From positions 271,192 through 335,191 of IMG/VR virus record IMGVR_UViG_3300050821_002957: a stretch of 64,000 nt of DNA. One strand, given 5' to 3'. Shown piece by piece: positions 20,521 through 27,910 of this stretch (position 1 is its first letter; the number at the start of each line of letters is the position of its first letter). Under the pieces are notes generated by a model, which made no database searches, was not told the origin of the DNA, and saw nothing but the letters and a program-made list of their open reading frames with translations. Source of the DNA: a virus. A program made the translations under genes and the position numbers.

Positions 20521-21456
20521 TTACACCACCAAATCTTTGGGCAAGCGTTCAGTCCGTGCAATCTCTTCTGCGGTCGGTTTGATCACATTGCCGACGATTC
20601 CACCGAAGATTGCTCCGACCGTATCTGTGTCGCCACCGACCTCAATGAAGCTGTTGATGCAGGATGCGAACGAAAGACCTTTTTCCAAAGCCTGATGTGC
20701 CTGCCATAATGCAAAAGGAACTGTATCGACTGCCGTTACTTCTTTGCCGTTTCCAACCTTGCCAATTATTCCCCAATTGGTTTCGTTAAATGCACCCTCA
20801 CTGGCGACCCATTCGATGCGATCACGAAGTTCCCCTGATGGTGTGTATTTGATGATGTTTAACCAGAAGTCTTCCTCAGGTCTTCCATAAGTTACGTTTG
20901 CTGCGGCTATGGCGACCGCTATCGAACCGGCAATAGCATCGACGTGATAATGGGTCACTTCGGCAGATAGACGTGCTTCTTGCGCTACAAGGCCATAGTC
21001 AGGTCCAAAGTGTGCGCCAATGACAGCATCACGCATTGCCGATCCGTTGCCTTTTGAGCCGATGCCCGGTCCCCACCAATTCTTGCTATGCTCAAGCCAA
21101 TTGTCGGAGTCATAGCTATAGGTCGTCAACAAACCACGAGTGCCACGCCCATAACCACGCTGAGGATCAACATGAAAATTACGAGCTAATTCCTGAGCGA
21201 GTTCGAGTTGATTGATCGTATTGAATCGGTACAAAGTTCTAACGACACCAATACCGACATGTGTGTCGTCTGTCCAGGGATAGAGAATGTCAATTTTTGT
21301 GATCCCTCGTTCAGTGGCGACATTCCCAGCCTTGTAATATTCAGCCGGAAGAATCTTCATCTGATTTTCGCCTGCTGCATCGCCTACCGACAAGGCAAGA
21401 AGCGAAAGATAAGTTTCTTTCTTTTTGTACTGCATCGGAGCAAGACAGGGTGTCAT
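20521..21456 (-). CDS. ADP-ribosylglycohydrolase (ARH/DraG family)
   Basis: Several ARH motifs are present: LSVGDAAGE, PWTDDTHVG, GNGSAMR and GGDTDTVGAIFGGIVG. Confidence 0.8.
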   Translation of the reverse strand: MTPCLAPMQYKKKETYLSLLALSVGDAAGENQMKILPAEYYKAGNVATERGITKIDILYPWTDDTHVGIGVVRTLYRFNTINQLELAQELARNFHVDPQRGYGRGTRGLLTTYSYDSDNWLEHSKNWWGPGIGSKGNGSAMRDAVIGAHFGPDYGLVAQEARLSAEVTHYHVDAIAGSIAVAIAAANVTYGRPEEDFWLNIIKYTPSGELRDRIEWVASEGAFNETNWGIIGKVGNGKEVTAVDTVPFALWQAHQALEKGLSFASCINSFIEVGGDTDTVGAIFGGIVGNVIKPTAEEIARTERLPKDLVV

Positions 21457-21463
21457 ATTTCAC

Positions 21464-21676
21464 CTACTTGGTCGGTTTGTGCCAACCATATGCATGTTGA
21501 GCGGTCTTTGGCTCATATCCTAGAACGAGGTTACAGTTGGCAATACATTCGTCAAGATGACCGTCGCCTTTGTGAGTTGGATCTTGCAAAAATTGAAGTG
21601 CATGACGAATTGCTTGGCGTGCAGATCGAGCTTCGTTTTGCAGACGTTGAATTTGTTCTTCTATAGTTTCTACCAT
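21464..21676 (-). CDS. small hypothetical protein
   Basis: 70-aa ORF. Confidence 0.3.
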   Translation of the reverse strand: MVETIEEQIQRLQNEARSARQAIRHALQFLQDPTHKGDGHLDECIANCNLVLGYEPKTAQHAYGWHKPTK

Positions 21677-21999
21677 GTCTTAGTGTTTGTCCTCCACCAC
21701 CCAAACAGATAGCATACCACGGCGTAGATAATTGTCCATTCACCAGCAGTGAGAAAGAATGTGCCGCATCCTATCGTAGGAGTATCGAATGACAAGTTTG
21801 CAAAGAAGGCTTTTCCAAGACAAACAGCGAGACCGCCAAAATAAACAGCGGCAAAGAAGAGTTCACTTGGTCGAGGTACGGTGATATTGGGCCACTTCAT
21901 ATCCACAATGTTCGCACCGATCACCAGGGAAGTCAAGTTTTGCGCCTTGATGTAGATGAGCTTCTTGATTTGGATTGTCGGGCGTGCAGATAGTTTCAA
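21670..21999 (-). CDS. small membrane protein
   Basis: Hydrophobic helices in 109 aa. Confidence 0.3.
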   Translation of the reverse strand: MKLSARPTIQIKKLIYIKAQNLTSLVIGANIVDMKWPNITVPRPSELFFAAVYFGGLAVCLGKAFFANLSFDTPTIGCGTFFLTAGEWTIIYAVVCYLFGWWRTNTKTW

Positions 22000-22101
22000 T
22001 GCCGGTAAACTTTGTGTTTGGATCGAAACTGAAATTTGGATCTAATTTGTAAATCATAGCAAGAAGTATATAGCACTTCTAAGCCAATGAAATTAAGGTT
22101 T

Positions 22102-22175
22102 TGGCAGGAGTGGTAGGAGTTGAACCCACGCTAAAGGTTTTGGAGGCCCTTGTGCTACCGTTACACCACACTCCT
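22102..22175 (-). tRNA. tRNA-Trp (anticodon CCA)
   Basis: Hand fold: acceptor AGGAGTG/CACTCCT, D-arm GTGT-AACGGTA-GCAC, anticodon loop CTCCAAA, T-arm GTGGG-TTCAACT-CCTAC, G and CCA. Confidence 0.6.
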
Positions 22176-22191
22176 GTGATGAGGAAGATTA

Positions 22192-22267
22192 TGGCCGCTG
22201 GTTCCAGTTACGCTCTGGACTCTTCTGTTCTTCAGACAGACGCTTTCACTAGATTAGCTTACCAGCG
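22192..22267 (-). tRNA. tRNA-Phe-like (anticodon loop CTGAAGA) with a non-canonical T-loop
   Basis: Acceptor CGCTGGT/ACCAGCG, then G and CCA. The anticodon arm is TCTGT-CTGAAGA-ACAGA. The T-arm is TCCAG-AGCGTAA-CTGGA and lacks the TTC motif. Confidence 0.45.
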
Positions 22268-22288
22268 GTGTTGTGCTTTGAGAGAGGC

Positions 22289-22327
22289 GCAACGACTGCT
22301 GGTTTCAACAGCAGTCGTTGCGCCCCG
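22289..22327. other. perfect 16-bp inverted repeat (hairpin with a 7-nt loop)
   Basis: It reads GGCGCAACGACTGCTG-gtttcaa-CAGCAGTCGTTGCGCC. It lies between the conserved TATAAATA 28-mer and the tRNA-Phe-like gene. Confidence 0.7.
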
Positions 22328-22369
22328 GTGGTAAATCGCCAATATGTAAAAGTGCGTGTCATCGTAATT

Positions 22370-22377
22370 CTATTTAT
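22370..22377 (-). promoter_or_regulatory. TATAAATA late-promoter-like motif (second copy of the conserved 28-mer)
   Basis: GTCATCGTAATTCTATTTATACCACGAT lies upstream of the tRNA-Phe-like and tRNA-Trp genes. Confidence 0.35.
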
Positions 22378-22553
22378 ACCACGATCATTGCTGTCTGTCA
22401 ACAATGAAATTCTGTGTCGTGAACAAATGGTTCCTCGGATGGGAGCGGTATCATAGGCAGTGATAATCCCACCTGATTCCCCGGCTCACGACAAAATAAC
22501 AAGGCCACTCGGAAGTAGCCAAGATCCCTTGGTACACATGGTAACAGGGTCTA

Positions 22554-22793
22554 CTATTCGTGAATGATTTCGCCTATCACTCGTTCTGGCATTAGCTTCT
22601 CAGGCGGGACACTTCCATTCATAAGGTCAACCATGCGCTGTGCTTGAGCTAGAGTGTGAAAGGTTCCATACGGTGTGACATGTGCTCCACCGTCGCCAGA
22701 ACCTACTTCAACCAAATCATACTTCGTTTCCGTCTTCGGCCAAATCTCGTACCTAATTTTCTGTTCGGTCGATGACTTGTTGACGAATTCCAT
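22554..22793 (-). CDS. small hypothetical protein
   Basis: 79-aa ORF. Confidence 0.3.
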   Translation of the reverse strand: MEFVNKSSTEQKIRYEIWPKTETKYDLVEVGSGDGGAHVTPYGTFHTLAQAQRMVDLMNGSVPPEKLMPERVIGEIIHE

Positions 22794-23735
22794 AAATGTG
22801 TGTCGGTGTTAAGGCACACCGAGCAGGCCGCAAGATTTTGTTACTGATCAATACCTGCTAAGAACCAGGATGTTTAAGAACTTATCCTTGAGAAAGCTCC
22901 GTTGTAGGCGACACGGCTTCCCTGAGAGTCAGAGTTACTTCAGCTACTCCTGATGGTATGGTGACTCAGCTACCCCGACTTTTTAGTGATCGGCTCCATT
23001 CCGGTATTCGATTCGGCAACGACAGATTCCGACTCTGCAACGTTCTGCTTCTTTTCGATGAGAAGCAAAAATCATAAAAACTCAAAATGACCAGAGGACC
23101 CTCAGCAGTGAGCGCAGATCCCACGTTCGCATACAAGCGTCAATGACAAGTTTTATCCAACGAGCCATTGTCTTGTACGTTGGCTCACCGTCGAGTGCGC
23201 TATCCAGTTCGACACACTCACCTGCGGTTCTAATGACTTTCGTCTCCCGCTGGCCCTATCATCGCCTCACACTTCCGTGTGTTTCAACATCCTGGTCATC
23301 TCAAGGGCGACAGCCTTGCGGCCACGACACCCCACCAGCTTTTTTACTGTGTACTGATCACAGGGAGAGCTAGAACGACTTTCGCCGCCCCACACCTACC
23401 GCCACTGGTCGAGACTTCTACATGCGACCAGCCATGTCGCTAAAAGGGGCACTACGAGTAGATGCCCTCCACCACGTTGTTCTTTTACGTCCAACAACGA
23501 AACGACTTAGACCCATAACTCTGACCGGAAATCAGAACTATGATCCACACTCCCCGGTGGAAGCCGGGAAGACTTTGAATGTGAACTAATAATTGACAAG
23601 GGATTATAGCCCCGAAGGACCATTTCACCATTTGAAAGATAACCCTCATCTTCCGGCTCACATCACGAAATACGGCTGCTTGTCCTACCATTAGACGACC
23701 GGATCTGCCGACGCTTTACGCCATGAGAGCAGATT

Positions 23736-24060
23736 GGACTCCGACCGGGACTCGAACCCGGATTTCTCAGCTAGACGAATGACGGAGCATAGTGCGCTCT
23801 ACGTCGGAATTGGTGGATACACATGGGAATTGAACCCATAACCTTCTCGGTGCAAGCGAGTTGCTCTCCCAATTGAGCTAGTGACCCATAACTTTGTACC
23901 TCGAACAAATAAGTATCAGAGGGCTTGTCATTAGGAAAGATAACCCTCTAAATCCGGCTCGAAGCACTACAAAACTTTTGGTGGATCGCCAGGGATTTGA
24001 ACCCTGCTGTTATCCTCGGTGCAAGCGAGGCAAACACCCCAAGCATTTCCGCAACCCACA
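23736..24060 (-). pseudogene. three degenerate tRNA-like elements (tRNA pseudogenes or fragments)
   Basis: One element has a T-arm CCGGG-TTCGAGT-CCCGG with the D-arm GAGC/GCTC but an unfoldable anticodon region. A second has an Ala-like loop CTTGCAC with an acceptor of only 5 of 7 pairs. A third has a clean 3' half (anticodon arm, T-arm, GCGATCC-A-CCA) with no matching 5' acceptor strand. Confidence 0.35.
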
Positions 24061-24278
24061 TTTAAATAGCACGAACAAATAGCGGTAGAAGACTGATAGG
24101 AGACTGCATTTAACGCACCCTCGGATTGGATACCGATCAGATACGCTTCAAACTCCCCTCCTCAAAGTTACGGGCGTCTTTTACTACACGTACAACGAAC
24201 TGCTTTGTGCCCACCAAATACTGCCGGTGAACTTTGTCATGGTTAGGTAACCTTCCAACCAGCGGCTCGTGCTATGTC

Positions 24279-24340
24279 GAAACAGAACGAAACAGAACGA
24301 AACAGAACGAAACAGTGCTCAACGATGCGAAACAGTGCGT
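24279..24340. repeat. 10-bp tandem repeat (CGAAACAGAA)x3 followed by two CGAAACAGTG units
   Basis: Directly visible as cgaaacagaacgaaacagaacgaaacagaacgaaacagtgctcaacgatgcgaaacagtgcg. Confidence 0.8.
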
Positions 24341-24421
24341 TAGGTCAAAGATCGTATTCTTTATCTATACACGCTACAGTTTGCTTTCAATAGCGCCTTT
24401 GACTCTTTCAGTCTAACATCC

Positions 24422-24691
24422 TTAGTATGGGATGTCAAGTGCCACGAACATAATAATTTCATCTTCGTCTTTTTTGCGACGAGCAGCAGCTTCTTTCTCA
24501 GTCAACACCAGAGGAGACGGATTGCCTTCGACTTTGATATTCACTGATAAACCTTGCTGGAGCCATCCAGATACTTCATCGGGCGGCGTCTCGACAAATG
24601 CCTGATCACACGCCTTCTGAATTTCGACATTGCGTATTGCAGCAAGCGGTTTGCCGGATGGCGTCATGATGTCTACGTTACAAAGAAGCAT
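24422..24691 (-). CDS. hypothetical protein
   Basis: 89-aa ORF. Confidence 0.3.
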   Translation of the reverse strand: MLLCNVDIMTPSGKPLAAIRNVEIQKACDQAFVETPPDEVSGWLQQGLSVNIKVEGNPSPLVLTEKEAAARRKKDEDEIIMFVALDIPY

Positions 24692-24693
24692 GT

Positions 24694-25023
24694 TTATCTA
24701 CCAACTGCTACGGCTGAAATTCCGATAACACTTTCAATATTGTACAACAGACGAGCGGCTTCTGACAATTCTGAGCCGGTGCGATCCAGTGTAGCATGGA
24801 CGCCGGTCGGATCAGAATCAGCTTTTGAGTCATCGTCTTCTCCGGTGTATTGAAGAACATCTAACACCGTTTTTAAGCGACGAGCCAACATCCTAGCCAA
24901 TTGCAAATTTGCATCCGAAGAAGATTGAATTGTCGTTGGTTCGTGGTTCTTTTCTGCTGGACCGTCAACAACTAATCCAAACTTCTCTAATAAAACTTTG
25001 TTTCCTTTCTTTCCTGTATTCAT
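24694..25023 (-). CDS. hypothetical protein
   Basis: ORF trimmed to the internal Met (MNTGKKGNK) so that it does not overlap tRNA-Ile. Confidence 0.3.
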   Translation of the reverse strand: MNTGKKGNKVLLEKFGLVVDGPAEKNHEPTTIQSSSDANLQLARMLARRLKTVLDVLQYTGEDDDSKADSDPTGVHATLDRTGSELSEAARLLYNIESVIGISAVAVGR

Positions 25024-25029
25024 AATTTT

Positions 25030-25105
25030 TGGTTGGCCCAGATGGAATCGAACCATCAACCTCAGAATTATCAGTTCTGCGCTCTACCAATTGAGCTATG
25101 GGCCA
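25030..25105 (-). tRNA. tRNA-Ile (anticodon GAT), CCA encoded
   Basis: Hand fold: acceptor TGGCCCA/TGGGCCA, D-arm GCTC-AATTGGTA-GAGC, anticodon arm CAGAA-CTGATAA-TTCTG, T-arm GATGG-TTCGATT-CCATC, discriminator A, CCA. Confidence 0.7.
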
Positions 25106-25190
25106 ACATACTCAGAAGTAGTTATACTAGCGGCGAATCATTAGTGGAGGCCCAATAATCCGCCGCCAGTTTTACAGAATCAACCAAAAA

Positions 25191-26984
25191 CTACTCTTCG
25201 GTCTCTTCTGCGATCCCAGCACTTGAACCACGAATAAAATCCGTAACCAATGCTGGAACATTCGAGTCGAACCCAACGATGTCCAAAGAATACGGGTCCT
25301 TCGGATCTGCGATGGTAAATTGCGTAGAAACCATTCCCATCACGATCAGGCGCACATCATCCTGCCCACGATGCTTACGATACTGCTTGAGAGCCTGCGA
25401 CGGTTGCATTTGTCCAGCCCAAGTCTCATTATCCGTGATCACCATGAAAGCGTCTGCGTCGATGCCAGCCTTTTGAGCGTGAAGCATCGGTGCAGCACAA
25501 TCGGTTCCACCAGCCGACATGCGAGAGGTCTTTGCCAACGCAGTCTTCAGAGTGTCCTTTGCGGTGATGCCAATTTCCTGCATTCCCGTAGAAAATGCAT
25601 AGATAGCGTAATTCGGTTCCGTGCGAGCCACAACCATCGCCATTGCTGCGCCTGCTTGTGCTGCCGTGATTCCGGTGCCTTGGATGATGCTGGACGCCCA
25701 CGACATAGAACCAGAAACGTCCATGCCAATGTACGTAGCCTTACCAGTCGGAATTGCGTTTGCGAATGCCAAGTAGAACGTGTTCTCTAAAGCGTCCACA
25801 ATGGTCGGTACAACGGTCCAGGTCGCATCGCTGCGCTGACCGTGGCCTTGGCCGTAGGTGCCTTGTGCCAACAATACCTGGAGCGGGTGAATCTTGCTCT
25901 TCTTGACGTAGGCTTCATCGTTCAAACGAGACACGACGAGCTTCGATGCTGCCGACAGCGGCTTCAAGAGACCAATCTTCGACATGGTTCCAAGATTACG
26001 AACCATTGCAGTTACCGGCATCTTCTGAAGCAGAGCTTCCCAGACTTCCGGTTGCGTCTTAAACTGCGTCGGAATCATTTCGTGAGTCAATCCACCGTCG
26101 ATGATGCACTTTACGATAGTGCTCGTATCCGTCGCCTTCTTTGCGGTTTCATAGGCGGTGATCAACTTCGGTGCGTTCGATCCGGTCAACAAATCATAAG
26201 CGTTCTGATAGCGAGCACGCTGATTCTGAATTTCCGCAGAAGTCAGATCAGTCGTGCGATGGCTGTTGCCCTGCCACTTCTTGACAGAACGAGTCCAGTT
26301 CTGAGCAGCTTCGTTCAAGGCATCGAGACCACCGAAACGACCCCAAGCCAGCAAAGCACTCTTCATCGGATCAGTCGCCTTGACGTGTGCGAGGCTGACG
26401 AGATCACGAGTGGACCAGCCATCACGCTGTTGATACTTCGCCAACTGATAAGCCAGCGAATCTTCCGTGCGTTCGGTGTACCAGTTGCCGATTGCAGTCT
26501 TTACACCACGACCGTATCCACGCATGGAATCGAGGTACTCGTTGAAGTGGAACATGTGAGTACCGATACGTGCAACCTTGCTCAATTGCGACAGAGCATA
26601 AGCAGCAGTTTCAGCCGAACCAAAATTCGGTGTTGCGGCAACTGCCAGGGCAAACAATGCCGGATCGTTCTTCGGAGCACGGCCTGCTTGCGAAATGTTG
26701 ACGATCATATCGACCGTGCGCTTTCCATCCAACTGCAAGCACGCACGAACGTTCGCTGCGTTGTCTACAGTCATCTTCTTGGCAGATGCATAGTACGTCG
26801 GCGCATCGCTACCGAGAATCAAAAATCGTTCGAGCATCTGGAAGGGAGTGATGGTGAAGGTGTATCCACCAGCGTTGTTCTGCTTCATCTCTGCTTCCCG
26901 GCCCGGAATTGCCTGCGACTGTGATGTCTTCTTGCCGCTTAATACCGTTGCGTAATTGCTCTTTGCTGATCCTGCCTTTGCCAT
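25191..26984 (-). CDS. rsr: Ro60/Rsr orthologue (TROVE domain plus C-terminal vWA domain)
   Basis: The TROVE-like N-region (GGYTFTITPFQMLERFLILGSDAPTYY) is followed by the vWA MIDAS motif YIGMDVSGSM. A GGAGA SD sits 7 nt upstream of the ATG at 26984. The longer ORF start in the track is probably not used. Confidence 0.75.
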   Translation of the reverse strand: MAKAGSAKSNYATVLSGKKTSQSQAIPGREAEMKQNNAGGYTFTITPFQMLERFLILGSDAPTYYASAKKMTVDNAANVRACLQLDGKRTVDMIVNISQAGRAPKNDPALFALAVAATPNFGSAETAAYALSQLSKVARIGTHMFHFNEYLDSMRGYGRGVKTAIGNWYTERTEDSLAYQLAKYQQRDGWSTRDLVSLAHVKATDPMKSALLAWGRFGGLDALNEAAQNWTRSVKKWQGNSHRTTDLTSAEIQNQRARYQNAYDLLTGSNAPKLITAYETAKKATDTSTIVKCIIDGGLTHEMIPTQFKTQPEVWEALLQKMPVTAMVRNLGTMSKIGLLKPLSAASKLVVSRLNDEAYVKKSKIHPLQVLLAQGTYGQGHGQRSDATWTVVPTIVDALENTFYLAFANAIPTGKATYIGMDVSGSMSWASSIIQGTGITAAQAGAAMAMVVARTEPNYAIYAFSTGMQEIGITAKDTLKTALAKTSRMSAGGTDCAAPMLHAQKAGIDADAFMVITDNETWAGQMQPSQALKQYRKHRGQDDVRLIVMGMVSTQFTIADPKDPYSLDIVGFDSNVPALVTDFIRGSSAGIAEETEE

Positions 26985-27059
26985 ATCATTATCTCCTATG
27001 ATACCTAATTTTTTCGACTTCACCAGAATAACACATGCCTGATTGTTGTCAAGCATGTA

Positions 27060-27398
27060 TTATCCAATATCACCTGCTCCATCTTTGTGACGTAAGATCA
27101 CTTCTTCAGCGATCATGTACGCCAAGACTGCAAGCTGTTCGTAATACTTCATGGTCATATCGATGATTTCGTCGATCTGACTACGTGTTGCGATGATACG
27201 AACCGGAATCATTCGTTCCTCAAACAGCGTCTCTTTAAAAATCCACTGTCCTTTCGCAACCGGCATGATCGTCAAACCACCAGAAATTGTACGCACCTTT
27301 TCATCCCAGATTTTGTGGAATCTGGTTCTGATCGGACGACCGTCATTCCGCATTGTCGGAACGAGAATCTCCCACATCGATTTTTTGGTGCTATTCAC
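27060..27398 (-). CDS. hypothetical protein, probably translationally coupled to rsr
   Basis: 112-aa ORF ending about 75 nt upstream of the rsr start. Confidence 0.35.
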   Translation of the reverse strand: MNSTKKSMWEILVPTMRNDGRPIRTRFHKIWDEKVRTISGGLTIMPVAKGQWIFKETLFEERMIPVRIIATRSQIDEIIDMTMKYYEQLAVLAYMIAEEVILRHKDGAGDIG

Positions 27399-27429
27399 AC
27401 ACCCACCATAACATGTAGATGTGTCTTTG

Positions 27430-27681
27430 TCAAACTACCAATTCAAATTGTTCGAGGTCCCCGGTCACATAGCTGCCCGTTTCAAGTTGAGCCGTCCAGT
27501 GATCAGGATGAAGTACGTATGATTCGGAAGTTGGATTCCAAATTTTATACCGCTCAGTTACCACGCCTGCGATTATATAGGCACACTGAAAATTACAGCC
27601 AGGACAACGTTCGGTTTTGGTTCCATCCCAGCCGCCATGATAGAGGATCTTGACGCCGGGTTTCATTTGGTCGAGGATCAT
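27430..27681 (-). CDS. hypothetical protein
   Basis: 83-aa ORF. Confidence 0.3.
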   Translation of the reverse strand: MILDQMKPGVKILYHGGWDGTKTERCPGCNFQCAYIIAGVVTERYKIWNPTSESYVLHPDHWTAQLETGSYVTGDLEQFELVV

Positions 27682-27709
27682 GAAATACTCACACTATCGG
27701 CTAACACCA

Positions 27710-27910
27710 TCAATTCTCATGAGTTTGCCTCTTAATGTCCGGTGCTATCAGTTCTATGAGCTTGTCCAGTTGAGGCCGAATGGTGTCTAGGTCAACTTTC
27801 GTGTAACCCTTTTGCATCATTGCGTCTACCATTTCATATGCCGTAGTTGTGATCTCGTACAATTCTTCTGTCAGATCGCTTTGGTAGACGTACTCGCCCC
27901 AATCTCTCAT
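27710..27910 (-). CDS. small hypothetical protein
   Basis: 66-aa ORF overlapping the upstream stop by 4 nt. Confidence 0.3.
   Translation of the reverse strand: MRDWGEYVYQSDLTEELYEITTTAYEMVDAMMQKGYTKVDLDTIRPQLDKLIELIAPDIKRQTHEN

Noticed and set aside
24279-24340. Possible CRISPR array
   Set aside because: The units are 10 bp long and directly tandem. There are no 25-40 bp repeats and no unique spacers, so this is not a CRISPR.
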